Shown: one piece after another, positions 1 to 9,768 of the stretch | Layout: the number at the start of each line of letters is the position of its first letter | Numbering within the stretch: the first letter of the stretch is position 1 | Virus record (IMG/VR): IMGVR_UViG_3300023082_000250 | Location: 1 to 50,177 of that record | DNA from: a virus | Lineage: Duplodnaviria > Caudoviricetes | DNA: 50,177 nt | Direction: 5' to 3' (one strand) | Program-made: the position numbers and the translations under genes | Notes under the pieces: generated by a model | The model's database searches: none | Seen by the model: the letters and a program-made list of their open reading frames with translations, nothing else | What the model was told of the DNA's origin: nothing

Positions 1-192
1 TTGACCACGGCAGGTAATTACTGCTTCAGCTCGAACGATGCCCTGACATCGATCAGCTTACCGGCATTGACCACGGCAGGTAATTACTGCTTCAGCTCGA
101 ACGATGCCCTGACATCGATCAGCTTACCGGCATTGACCACGGCAGGTAATTACTGCTTCAGCTCGAACGATGCCCTGACATCGATCAGCTTA
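1..192 (+). repeat. Perfect 66-bp coding tandem repeat, about 2.9 copies visible
   Basis: Units 1-66 and 67-132 identical; 133-192 matches the first 60 nt. Confidence 0.95.
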
Positions 193-651
193 CGCAATAA
201 AGAATATAATGTGAAATCAGTTGACGGTACCTGCTATGTTGTTGTTGCCGAAAAAAGTTCCAAAGGAATTAAAATTTATACTGGTTACAACCTGGTTAAC
301 ATTTCAAATGGAATCCTGAACAAACAGGCCGCATTCGTTGCCGAGAAGGAAGGATTCTATGCGCATGGTGAGACGGTCAAAAAAGCGATATCCGATTTGC
401 AATTCAAGATTGTTGCTGAGAAACTTAGTAAAGAACCTATTCAGCCGGACACAATTATCACTGTCAATCATTATCGGCTGATCACGGGTGCATGTGAGAT
501 GGGAGTGAAGTCGTGGATGCAAAGCACGTTTACCGACAAGGAGTTCCTTGATATCTCCGAGAATGGTATAAAAGCCGAATTGTTGCTGCCGTTATTAAAG
601 CGAAATAAAGCATACGGGTTAGACAGGTTCAAATCTATGATCACCTTCTAA
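1..651 (+). CDS. Leucine-rich-repeat (BspA-like 22-aa repeat) phage protein, 5'-truncated by the window edge
   Basis: LPALTTAGNYCFSSNDALTSIS repeats resemble BspA/LRR_5 spacing; C-terminal HYRLITGACEMGVKSW segment resembles a domain often following repeats in phage proteins. Confidence 0.65.
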   Translation: MTTAGNYCFSSNDALTSISLPALTTAGNYCFSSNDALTSISLPALTTAGNYCFSSNDALTSISLRNKEYNVKSVDGTCYVVVAEKSSKGIKIYTGYNLVNISNGILNKQAAFVAEKEGFYAHGETVKKAISDLQFKIVAEKLSKEPIQPDTIITVNHYRLITGACEMGVKSWMQSTFTDKEFLDISENGIKAELLLPLLKRNKAYGLDRFKSMITF

Positions 652-833
652 TGGAAGATATCAAAGAATACGCTGCGCTGGTTGAGCGCATGCGGATTGC
701 TCAAAATGAGTATTTCCGAACCCGGGCCGGTAGCATACTGGCTGTCTCAAAAAGCATTGAGAAAAAAGTGGATGAGGCCACTTAAGATATCCTCGGACCA
801 GACAGAATTAAAAACCAAACTAAACTATTTTAA
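651..833 (+). pseudogene. Small protein interrupted by an in-frame TAA at 783-785 (MEDIKEY...DEAT*DILG...NQTKLF)
   Basis: ATG overlaps upstream TAA; frame stays open after the stop up to TAA 831-833, which abuts the next ATG at 834. Confidence 0.5.
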
Positions 834-1283
834 ATGAATATCCAAGAACTCGAACGCTCGCAAAAAATTTATGCCCAGATCAAAACTCTGAATACCGAAA
901 TCATCGAAATTGAAAAGGTTGCCATACTCATTGCAAACGGTAATGCTGAAGTGAACCTTTCTCTAAAAGTCACAGATACCACTCCAAAAAAGGATGACAA
1001 AGAAAAAGTTGAGTTTGATGAGGATGTATCCTTTAAATCATCTTTGGGGTCGGGTCTGAATTTTAGAATGGGGATCATAAATCCATGGGGGACTCAGGAA
1101 TCGTTATTTGAAAAAATGTATGGTAAAGGTGCAATATCTGAAGAGAAAGAATCTGGTACCAACTTAAAGGCATGTCTTTCTGAAAACCTATCACTGAATG
1201 TACTGGCAATTCTCCTGTACGATAAGCAGACCAGGAGAGACAAATTAATCAGGAACCTTAAACGCATAGGAGTAACTATATGA
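834..1283 (+). CDS. Hypothetical protein
   Basis: 149-aa ORF, ATGA overlap with next gene. Confidence 0.75.
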   Translation: MNIQELERSQKIYAQIKTLNTEIIEIEKVAILIANGNAEVNLSLKVTDTTPKKDDKEKVEFDEDVSFKSSLGSGLNFRMGIINPWGTQESLFEKMYGKGAISEEKESGTNLKACLSENLSLNVLAILLYDKQTRRDKLIRNLKRIGVTI

Positions 1284-1690
1284 AAACAATCACTCTTCAC
1301 AGCGGCATATATGCTGTAGATCCTATCCTCGACGGATTTGATATAGTTGAACGGCCATCAAGCAATGTATCTTTTATAGCGGTCTCCATGCTTGAACACA
1401 AGATGTATGTTCAGTTCTTACGAGGATCCGGATACATGTATTCAGAAGTGGATTACGATACGCTCTCATTTGCTCCAAAAGCCGCTAGTTTAGGTACATT
1501 TGTCAGGGCTAAATTGGTAAATCATTTTCCGAGCAATAAGCAGGAAAAGGCCTTGATTGAACTGATACCTCCGCTGATTATTACCGGTCCCATTACTGAC
1601 TTCCCTGATAAGTGCGAAAGGGGTAAGGTATTCGTAATGAGCGAAGGTGCAACGATCACATATATAGAACCGGAACAACCAGAATCATAA
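1280..1690 (+). CDS. KTSC-domain protein
   Basis: SSNVSFIAV..MYVQFLRGSGYMYSEV..AASLGTFV fits the KTSC pattern SSNI..L.V.F..G..Y.Y..V....A.S.G. Confidence 0.6.
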   Translation: MKTITLHSGIYAVDPILDGFDIVERPSSNVSFIAVSMLEHKMYVQFLRGSGYMYSEVDYDTLSFAPKAASLGTFVRAKLVNHFPSNKQEKALIELIPPLIITGPITDFPDKCERGKVFVMSEGATITYIEPEQPES

Positions 1691-1709
1691 ACCTAAAAAC
1701 CACAATAAA

Positions 1710-2399
1710 ATGGGCTGCGATATCCATATGTACGCTGAAACGCGTAAAGACAAAAATTCCCCTTGGGAAAAAGTAGGGAGAGTATTTCCGAATGAGTACT
1801 ACAATCCAAAAGAAGTGAATACCATTGATGATGATGGATTTCAGTGGAACGCTGAATTTACTGAACATCCTTATGATGGACGAAACTACGATCTGTTTGC
1901 GATCCTTGCCAACGTGAGAAATGGACGCGGCTTTGCTGGAATCAAAACCGGTGAGGGATTCAATCCGATAGCTTTCCCAAAAGGCATTCCAAGTGATGTA
2001 TCTAATGAGGTGAGAGTAAATTTAAACAGTTACGGTGATGATGGTCATTCACATAGCTTTTACACACTACGGGAACTTAAGGATTTTGATTGGGGTCAAT
2101 TAACAATGCATAGAGGTGTAATAACATTGGAGGAATACCAAGCTTTAAAGTCTTCTGGTGAATCTGAACCAACATCATGGTGTGGAAGTGTTACAGGGCC
2201 AAAGATCGTAACTATCGACGAGGATGAAGTATTGGATTACACAAAAAAGCCATCCAATGATCTCATAATTTACGTCAATTATCATTGGGGAAGCATGTAC
2301 CATGAATCATGCGAGGTATTTATTACGCAAACCATCCCTGCTCTGGAAGCACTTGGTGATCCTGAGAATGTCAGGATTCTATTTTTCTTCGATAATTAA
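1710..2399 (+). CDS. Conserved phage hypothetical protein (MGCDIH / RNYxLFAxLAxVRN type)
   Basis: MGCDIH start, RNYDLFAILANVRN, HSHS and RILFFFDN motifs. Confidence 0.8.
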   Translation: MGCDIHMYAETRKDKNSPWEKVGRVFPNEYYNPKEVNTIDDDGFQWNAEFTEHPYDGRNYDLFAILANVRNGRGFAGIKTGEGFNPIAFPKGIPSDVSNEVRVNLNSYGDDGHSHSFYTLRELKDFDWGQLTMHRGVITLEEYQALKSSGESEPTSWCGSVTGPKIVTIDEDEVLDYTKKPSNDLIIYVNYHWGSMYHESCEVFITQTIPALEALGDPENVRILFFFDN

Positions 2400-2411
2400 T
2401 TAATCCAATAT

Positions 2412-3065
2412 ATGAAGTCAACAAAATCAATTACAAAAGAAGAGCTGAGCGATAAGATCGACGCAGCTGAGGAAAGTCATGAACTGGTGGCCGGTACCAA
2501 GATCAAAATCACTAAGGCTTCACTGGGTAAATCAGGTGTAAATGTGGAGTACTGGAAGGTCATTACCCGGGAGTTCCCAAACATTAAAGGAGAACTGGAA
2601 TTGAGACAGTATGAGAACCCTGGTAAAGAGCCTATTCCTTTTCTTCCACATCCGGATCTTTACGATGCATTTGATTTACTACGGGCACACCTTATTTTAG
2701 CTTGTCAGCAGAAAGAGGCATATGACACCTACGGTGAGTACATTTCTCCAAGCACATTTGAGCATTTCCAGGGTGAGGATTACGACAACCCATTGAGCAA
2801 ATTCAAAGTTACCGGTTTTGCCATCAATGACAGTGAGACTGGCGTAACGCTCACCGGCCACCGCTACACGCGTGGTAAAGGAAAGCTACCACTTGAGCAG
2901 TATGCAGACTTCCATGGCGGTGATGACGCCTATGAGTTCGGTGATGAGCTTTACCATGTGATCAAACACGTTCGCTCTGAAGTCCTGGCTTACTATCTGG
3001 GTAAAGTTGCCCCGGATAACCAGTACAGCCTTGAATTCGATGAAGCTGGTGAAGACATGAATTAG
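2412..3065 (+). CDS. Hypothetical protein
   Basis: 217-aa ORF in operon, acidic tail. Confidence 0.75.
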   Translation: MKSTKSITKEELSDKIDAAEESHELVAGTKIKITKASLGKSGVNVEYWKVITREFPNIKGELELRQYENPGKEPIPFLPHPDLYDAFDLLRAHLILACQQKEAYDTYGEYISPSTFEHFQGEDYDNPLSKFKVTGFAINDSETGVTLTGHRYTRGKGKLPLEQYADFHGGDDAYEFGDELYHVIKHVRSEVLAYYLGKVAPDNQYSLEFDEAGEDMN

Positions 3066-3086
3066 TCTATTCTTTAAAACGGTAAT

Positions 3087-3356
3087 ATGCGTAAAGGTGA
3101 CTTAACGCATATTACCTTAAACCAATCCAAAATGACTACATACCATTTAGAAACAAAAATTGAAACACTTCTTTGCTGGACTGATTCCGAGCTGCAAGAA
3201 GTGTTTGGCGGCTTCGGTCCTGATATCAGATTGGAACTTAGAATAAGATTGGCCGCTGGTGAAAAAAAGATTGGTTCGATTGATTGCCAAGGTTTTGATC
3301 CAGTAACAGGTTGCCCTGGCCACGAAGCAAAGGAGGTGTTAGATGGAACAGCATAA
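3087..3356 (+). CDS. Hypothetical protein (C-terminal CxGFDPxTGCPGH motif)
   Basis: 89-aa ORF in operon. Confidence 0.65.
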   Translation: MRKGDLTHITLNQSKMTTYHLETKIETLLCWTDSELQEVFGGFGPDIRLELRIRLAAGEKKIGSIDCQGFDPVTGCPGHEAKEVLDGTA

Positions 3357-3579
3357 AAGGCCATGGAACCCGACACTGATTGTAGTGGCAAAAGAACCCG
3401 ATGAAGATCTTACCGGAAAAGAAAGAAGAGCACTACAAGCCGACGTTCGTTACTGGAAGGATTCATCCAAGCATAAAGATGAGGATCTGAAATACAAAAA
3501 TAATCAAATCAGGGGCTTAAAGGCCCATATAACCAGGCTGCAAGCGGCACTTCACAAGAAAGGAGTTTACAAAATATGA
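3343..3579 (+). CDS. Hypothetical coiled-coil protein
   Basis: 78-aa ORF overlapping both neighbours. Confidence 0.65.
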   Translation: MEQHKRPWNPTLIVVAKEPDEDLTGKERRALQADVRYWKDSSKHKDEDLKYKNNQIRGLKAHITRLQAALHKKGVYKI

Positions 3580-5285
3580 GCGTAGGAACCATCATGCAAG
3601 TCGGCAACGTTTACCAGATAGAATTTGCCTACCGACCAAAGATCACCGATGCCGTGAAGTTGCTGCCAGATCGTAGGTTCATTTATGATTCAAAAATATG
3701 GACGGTACCCGTTCAGTATTCTGCAGTAGTAAGGGAGTTCGCCAAAAAGTACGATCTGGAGTTTAATGTTGAAACCGGCATAGAACCTGAAACCAACTTC
3801 GTTATTCCTGATCTTCCTGAATTGGAAATCGATATTCCTACCAAAAGGCCGATGTTGCCATGGCAGCCGCCCGGTGTAGCTTACATATTAAAGCACCGCA
3901 GGGTTATTGTAGGTGATGATATGGGCCTCGGGAAAACCAGTCAGGCGATCATAGCAATTGAAGGACTGAGCCAGATGGGTGAGGCTTCTTATCCATGCCT
4001 GATCATATGCCCATCTGCTGTAAAAGAGAACTGGGTAAAGGAAATCAACCAGAATATCAACAAAAAGGGATTGGTACTCCAAAACAGCATCAAGAATACT
4101 TTCATGGAATATTTTAGGGTAGGGATGAGCCAGTTCTTTGTGGTAAATTTTGAATCCCTTAAAAAATACTTTGTTGACCATATTGATGATCCTGGCACTG
4201 ATAAAAATGGACGTAAGCTTCCACTGAAGCTGGCACACATTCATTTCAAGCAGAAGTACGTGGAGTTTTTCAAGGCAATTATTATTGATGAGTCCCATAA
4301 GATTAAAAGCATCAACACGCTGAACTGTAAATTAAGTAAGGGCTTGAGTATTGGTAAAGAAACCATTTTGCTGCTGACCGGTACCCCTATTGTAAATAAG
4401 CCTATGGATTTGGTTTCACAGCTTGGAGTAATGAATAGGATGGGCGATTTTGGAGGCTTCACATACTTTAAAAAGCGTTATTGCTCTGGTCCAAAAGAAG
4501 CAAGTAATTTGAAAGAGCTCAATTACAAGCTGAACATGATCTGCTTTTACCGCCGAAACAAAACTGATCCGGATATCAAAAAATTCTTACCGGATAAAGC
4601 GCGCCAGGTTATTCAATGTGAACTGGATCCTGTGCACCGGAGGGAATACAACCACGCTCAGGCTGATTTAGAATCTTATATGATCAATATCAAAAAGCAG
4701 TCTGAAGAATCGGTACAGAAGTCCATGAAGGGGGAGGTGATGGTGAGAATCGGGATCCTGAAGAATATCAGCGCGCGGGGAAAACTGCAAGATGCATTTT
4801 CTTTCATTCAGGATATCATCGACAATGGACAGAAGATCGTCGTATTTGCCAGTCTGAAGGAAGTAATTGCCAAGGTGCAGGAGAAGTTTCCGAGATCAGT
4901 GCGTATCACAGGTGCCGAGGATGGAGTTCAAAAGCAAGCTGCAGTGGAACGTTTCAAATCAGATCCGAAAATTGATGTCATTGTATTGAATCTGAAAGCG
5001 GGGGGTACCGGCGTTGATGGCCTGCAGAATGTATCCACTCAGATTTGCTTCATTGAATTTGGATGGCATGCTGCAATCATGGATCAGGCAGAAGATCGCT
5101 TATACCGTACCGGCCAGCACTCCAATGTCATGTGCACCTATTTCCTCGGAAAGAATACGATCGATGAGTGGAACTACAAGCTGATTAACAGCAAACGTGA
5201 AATTGCCAATACGGTAACTGGCAGTGAAGATATGACTGAAGAGACGCTTGTTGATAGCGTAATGTCCCTTTTTTCAAAGCAGTAA
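3576..5285 (+). CDS. SNF2-family (SMARCAL1/HARP-like) helicase/translocase
   Basis: Walker A DDMGLGKT, DESH, LLTGTP, AGGTGVD, QAEDRLYRTGQ; HARP-like N-terminus. Confidence 0.9.
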   Translation: MSVGTIMQVGNVYQIEFAYRPKITDAVKLLPDRRFIYDSKIWTVPVQYSAVVREFAKKYDLEFNVETGIEPETNFVIPDLPELEIDIPTKRPMLPWQPPGVAYILKHRRVIVGDDMGLGKTSQAIIAIEGLSQMGEASYPCLIICPSAVKENWVKEINQNINKKGLVLQNSIKNTFMEYFRVGMSQFFVVNFESLKKYFVDHIDDPGTDKNGRKLPLKLAHIHFKQKYVEFFKAIIIDESHKIKSINTLNCKLSKGLSIGKETILLLTGTPIVNKPMDLVSQLGVMNRMGDFGGFTYFKKRYCSGPKEASNLKELNYKLNMICFYRRNKTDPDIKKFLPDKARQVIQCELDPVHRREYNHAQADLESYMINIKKQSEESVQKSMKGEVMVRIGILKNISARGKLQDAFSFIQDIIDNGQKIVVFASLKEVIAKVQEKFPRSVRITGAEDGVQKQAAVERFKSDPKIDVIVLNLKAGGTGVDGLQNVSTQICFIEFGWHAAIMDQAEDRLYRTGQHSNVMCTYFLGKNTIDEWNYKLINSKREIANTVTGSEDMTEETLVDSVMSLFSKQ

Positions 5286-5313
5286 TATGCATAAAAGTTA
5301 ATCATTGCATTAA
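5286..5313 (+). promoter_or_regulatory. Tandem TATGCATA operator-like motif, copy 1
   Basis: TATGCATAAAAGTTAATCATTGCATTAA; same layout as four other intergenic sites. Confidence 0.6.
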
Positions 5314-5323
5314 ACCAAATCAA

Positions 5324-7972
5324 ATGTTATACGAAGATTATTTAAAAAGCAAGGTACGCCTTGCACAAAGTACAGGCTTTACGATTGAAGACAGCGAAAT
5401 AAACCCAGCTCTCAAACCTCACAATAGGTTGATGGTAAAATGGATGGTTGAGGGAGGAAGGAGAGCATGCTTCGCAAATTTTGGTCTACACAAAACTGTC
5501 ACTCAGTTAGAAGTCAACCGGATTATTTTAACCAAAACAGGAGGAAGAGGTTTGATAATCGCCCCTTTAGGTGTTCGTGCTGAATTTATCAAGGATGCAA
5601 TTAATATTCTGGGATGGGAAACGCCACCAAAGTTTGTTCGCAGAATTGAGGAATGTGAGGAAACAGGGATCTATCTGACGAATTATGAAACTGTCCGTGA
5701 CGGAAAATTAGACCCGCGCCTATTCAGCGTAGCCTGCCTTGATGAAGCGTCAATACTCAGGGGTTTGGGCGGCTCAAAAACATTCAGGGAATTCATGAGA
5801 TTATTCACCGGTGATGCCGGTCCTAACCGAAACAGGCGAGGTACTGATGTGGTACCCTATCGTTTTGTTGCAACTGCTACACCATCACCAAACGAATATA
5901 TTGAGTTGCTGGCTTACGCTGATTTCTTAGGGGTGATGGATGTCAGCCAGGCTAAAACCAGATTCTTCAAACGCGACAGTACAAAAGCCGATAACCTGAA
6001 GATCTATTCACACAAGGAAGAAGAGTTCTGGTTGTGGGTTGCCAGCTGGGCGCTATTCGTTACAAAGCCTTCAGATCTTACTGGTGATAATAAAGATGAT
6101 GAAGGGTACATACTTCCACCTCTGGATGTCCGCTGGCATGAGATATCATCGGATCATTCAAAAGCTGGTGTGGAACGTAGCGGCCAGTTCAAAGCATTTG
6201 CCGAAACAGCGATCGGGCTGGAAGGATCTGCCAAAGAAAAGAGGCTAAGTCTGACGAATCGTATTGCTAAAATGTATGACCTGTACCAGGAAGATCCTGA
6301 AGCACATATAATCCTATGGCATGATCTGGAAGACGAGCGTAGGATGATAGAGAAGATGTTTCCAGACTCCAAATCTGTTTTCGGTAGTCAGCCGCTGGAG
6401 ATCAGGGAAGTTATTGTTTCTGATTTTTCAACTGGCAATTTAAAGCAGTTGGCAGGTAAACCGTCCATGCTTGGTTCAGGTACGAACTTGCAGAAGTTTT
6501 GCAGCTGGGCAATTTACTCAGGTATCGGATTTAAGTTCAATGATTTCATCCAATCAATTCACAGGCTATTGCGCTTCGGACAGCCAGGTATCGTTCGAAT
6601 AGATCTGATTTATACAGAATCAGAGAGACAAATCAGGAAGCAGCTTGAAAGAAAATGGCAGCAACACAATTTAATGGTTAACAAGATGATTGATATCGTA
6701 AAACAATACGGCCTGTCCCATGCGGCTATGGCCCAAATGCTGACCCGGAAAATGGGCGTAGACAGACTCGAGGTTTCCGGTGACAGTTTCACTTATGTAA
6801 ATAGTGATAACGTTCTGGAACTTCCGAAAATAGAATCAGACTCAGTGGGATTGATCTTGACTTCTATACCATTTGCTACCCAATACGAGTATTCCCCAAA
6901 CTATGCAGATTACGGGCATTCTGAAAGCAATGAGGAGTTCTTCCAGCAAATGGATTACTCAACTCCAGAAGCGTTGCGCGTTTTAATGCCGGGGCGGATT
7001 GCAGCCATACATGTGAAGGACCGCATCATCCCGGGCGGCATCAATGGTCTTGGATTTCAAACGGTATACCCATTTCATATAGACGTAATACAGCATTACA
7101 CGAAACATGGTTTCAACTACATTGGAATGAAAACCATTGTTACCGATGTAGTTCGAGAAAACAGCCAGACCTACCGGTTAGGATGGACTGAACAGTGCAA
7201 GGATGGTTCCAAAATGGGAGTAGGGATGCCTGAATACCTGCTGCTATTCCGTAAGGCCCCAACGGACAATTCAAATGCCTATGCGGATATCCCTGTCGTG
7301 AAGCAAAAGAGAGAGTTCGACAAGAAAGCTGGGGACTTTACCAGTAAAGGATATTCACGGGCCAGGTGGCAGATGGACGCTCATGGATTTACCCGCAGCT
7401 GTGGGGATCGGCTTTTGGATCCTAATGAGGTTGCAAAGCTGGAATCTGATGCTATATTCAAATTATTCAAAACACATAGCTTAACTGAAATATGGGATTT
7501 TGAACAGGTTGTAAAGATAGCGGAAACTGTTGAGGCTCAGGGAAAGTTGCCCCCGGGATTTATGCTCCTGCAGCCTCAAAGCTGGACGACAGAGGTGTGG
7601 ACTGACGTCACACGGATGCTTACCTTAAACGGTTCCCAATGGAGCAATGGCCGGGAAGCACACGTGTGCCCGATGCAATTCGATATTGCCGATCGCGTGA
7701 TTGAACAGATGAGCAATCCTGGTGATCTTGTTTTGGATTACTTTGGTGGTTTGGGGACCGTGCCGCTTAGGGCGATTAAGAAAGGTCGCAAAGGTTACGG
7801 TATCGAATTGAACCCTATATATTTTCTTGATGCTGTCAGCTATTTGAAAGCAGAGGAATTGAAGCAGAATATCCCTACACTTTTTGATATGATTGAAGAT
7901 CTGAAAGATGACGGTGAAGAGGCGATGATCAGTGCTTTCAGCGATGCAGTTAAACAGGAGGGAGCAGCATAA
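5324..7972 (+). CDS. SNF2-like helicase fused to an N6-adenine/N4-cytosine DNA methyltransferase
   Basis: GLHKT, DEAS, ATATP, QSIHRLLRFGQ; then catalytic-like SIPF before SAM-binding LDYFGGLGT (beta-class order) and GIELNP. Confidence 0.85.
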   Translation: MLYEDYLKSKVRLAQSTGFTIEDSEINPALKPHNRLMVKWMVEGGRRACFANFGLHKTVTQLEVNRIILTKTGGRGLIIAPLGVRAEFIKDAINILGWETPPKFVRRIEECEETGIYLTNYETVRDGKLDPRLFSVACLDEASILRGLGGSKTFREFMRLFTGDAGPNRNRRGTDVVPYRFVATATPSPNEYIELLAYADFLGVMDVSQAKTRFFKRDSTKADNLKIYSHKEEEFWLWVASWALFVTKPSDLTGDNKDDEGYILPPLDVRWHEISSDHSKAGVERSGQFKAFAETAIGLEGSAKEKRLSLTNRIAKMYDLYQEDPEAHIILWHDLEDERRMIEKMFPDSKSVFGSQPLEIREVIVSDFSTGNLKQLAGKPSMLGSGTNLQKFCSWAIYSGIGFKFNDFIQSIHRLLRFGQPGIVRIDLIYTESERQIRKQLERKWQQHNLMVNKMIDIVKQYGLSHAAMAQMLTRKMGVDRLEVSGDSFTYVNSDNVLELPKIESDSVGLILTSIPFATQYEYSPNYADYGHSESNEEFFQQMDYSTPEALRVLMPGRIAAIHVKDRIIPGGINGLGFQTVYPFHIDVIQHYTKHGFNYIGMKTIVTDVVRENSQTYRLGWTEQCKDGSKMGVGMPEYLLLFRKAPTDNSNAYADIPVVKQKREFDKKAGDFTSKGYSRARWQMDAHGFTRSCGDRLLDPNEVAKLESDAIFKLFKTHSLTEIWDFEQVVKIAETVEAQGKLPPGFMLLQPQSWTTEVWTDVTRMLTLNGSQWSNGREAHVCPMQFDIADRVIEQMSNPGDLVLDYFGGLGTVPLRAIKKGRKGYGIELNPIYFLDAVSYLKAEELKQNIPTLFDMIEDLKDDGEEAMISAFSDAVKQEGAA

Positions 7973-9768
7973 TGATAACGCCTCAACATTTTCTATATAC
8001 AGAAGGCGGTGGATTTCGGCCGGCCTTAGTGAAAAATCCGTTAGCTATAGAGTTCCTGATCATTGATTTATTCTGCGGCGCTGGCGGTACCTCGACAGGT
8101 TTCCATAATGCCATGTTTCATGGTAACCAGGTTGCGCTGGTGATGGCGTGTATCAATCATGATTTCAAGGCCATAAAATCACACTGGTTAAATCATCCTG
8201 ATATATTGCATTTCGAAGAAGATATCCGCACAGCCAATTTACAGCCGCTGGTTGATCTGTTAGCAAGGTACCGTATCATTTACCCCAATGCTAAAATAAT
8301 TCTTTGGGCGAGCCTTGAATGCACCAATTTCAGTAAAGCTAAAGGTGGTCAGGCACGTGATGCCGACAGCCGAACCCTTGCCGAGCATTTGGATCGCTAT
8401 ATTCTTGCCCTTGATCCTGATTATGTTCAGATTGAAAACGTAGTAGAGTTTCAGAGCTGGGGCCCGCTTGATGCTAAAGGTAAGCCTGTAAGCCGTAAGG
8501 CTGGTTCAGATTGGCTGAGGTGGTGTAAATACATTGACAGCCTCGGTTATAGAAATGAGTGGAAAGAAATGAACAGTGCTGATTTCGGTGCATATACTTC
8601 CCGTAACAGGTTATTCGGTTGTTTTGCAAAGGATGGGTTACCAATAGTATGGCCTGAAACTACTCATGCAAAAAAGCCTGGTCTTGATGGAATGTTCGGT
8701 GTGCAGCAGAAATGGAAGGCAGTAAAAGACGTTCTTGATTTCGATGATGAGGGATTAAGTATCTTCAACCGCAAGAAGCCGCTCGTTGATGCGTCACTCG
8801 AAAGGATTGAAGCGGGGCTGCACAAATTTGTTGCCGGCGGCAAAGATGCTTTTTTACTGAAGTATAACTCCATGGCGAAGAATGGAGACAGGAAACAATC
8901 GGTTCAATCCTTAGAAAAGCCTGCTCCCGTAATCCCTTGCCAGAATAGAACTGGTTTATGCTTCATATCAAAAAGCTTCAGCGGGAAACCTACTGGTAAA
9001 GTAATCCCTGTAACAGGTCCAGCCGGAACAATTACAACTTTTGGTGGTCAGTCCGTGGTAACTTGTAAACCATTTATTCTGAATACCAACTTTAAAAACG
9101 TTGGAAGTTCGATTGAAGAACCCGCAAAAACATTGCTTGCTAGCAGACATCACCCATACGTTGTCAGTCCGGCTTTCCTTGCTAAATATTATGGCAATGG
9201 CGATAATACCAGCTCGATTGAAGAACCGGCCGGCACGCTCGTGACTAAAGATCGTTTCTCTAAGATCCAGCCGATATTCATAAGCCGTGAATATAAAACA
9301 CCTACAGTATCTTCAATAAATGATCCTTTGGGTGCGTTATTAACCGTTCCCAAAGCAAATATTGTTAATTGCCAACCGTTCATACTCAACCCGTCACATG
9401 GCGGGCACTGCACCGGTACCGATGTTCCATGCGTTGTGATCGTTGCCAGGCAGGATAAAGCGCCGCTGTATTTAATACAATTTCAAGTTGATAGGCATGT
9501 AAGTGTTCCCATCTACGAGGATGATAGCGCTGTGATGATACGGATCAAAGAATTCATGGCGTTGTACGGCTTATCTGATATCAAAATGAGAATGCTGAAG
9601 GTCTCAGAACTCCTGCCTATTCAAGGATTCCCCCGGGATTATAAGCTATTCGGTAACCAGACTGATCAAAAGAAGTTTATAGGCAACAGCGTAGTTCCGC
9701 ACGTGGTAACTGCCTGGTGCGAGGCCATGGCAGATCGTACAAGAAGTTTAAGGATGGAGGTTGCATAA
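7972..9768 (+). CDS. DNA (cytosine-5) methyltransferase
   Basis: DLFCGAGG, SLECTNFS (catalytic Cys), ENV, RNRLF, QGFP, IGNSV; long repeated variable region. Confidence 0.9.
   Translation: MITPQHFLYTEGGGFRPALVKNPLAIEFLIIDLFCGAGGTSTGFHNAMFHGNQVALVMACINHDFKAIKSHWLNHPDILHFEEDIRTANLQPLVDLLARYRIIYPNAKIILWASLECTNFSKAKGGQARDADSRTLAEHLDRYILALDPDYVQIENVVEFQSWGPLDAKGKPVSRKAGSDWLRWCKYIDSLGYRNEWKEMNSADFGAYTSRNRLFGCFAKDGLPIVWPETTHAKKPGLDGMFGVQQKWKAVKDVLDFDDEGLSIFNRKKPLVDASLERIEAGLHKFVAGGKDAFLLKYNSMAKNGDRKQSVQSLEKPAPVIPCQNRTGLCFISKSFSGKPTGKVIPVTGPAGTITTFGGQSVVTCKPFILNTNFKNVGSSIEEPAKTLLASRHHPYVVSPAFLAKYYGNGDNTSSIEEPAGTLVTKDRFSKIQPIFISREYKTPTVSSINDPLGALLTVPKANIVNCQPFILNPSHGGHCTGTDVPCVVIVARQDKAPLYLIQFQVDRHVSVPIYEDDSAVMIRIKEFMALYGLSDIKMRMLKVSELLPIQGFPRDYKLFGNQTDQKKFIGNSVVPHVVTAWCEAMADRTRSLRMEVA

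Noticed and set aside
1-192. CRISPR array
   Set aside because: Repeats abut with no spacers, are in-frame coding units, and no cas genes are present
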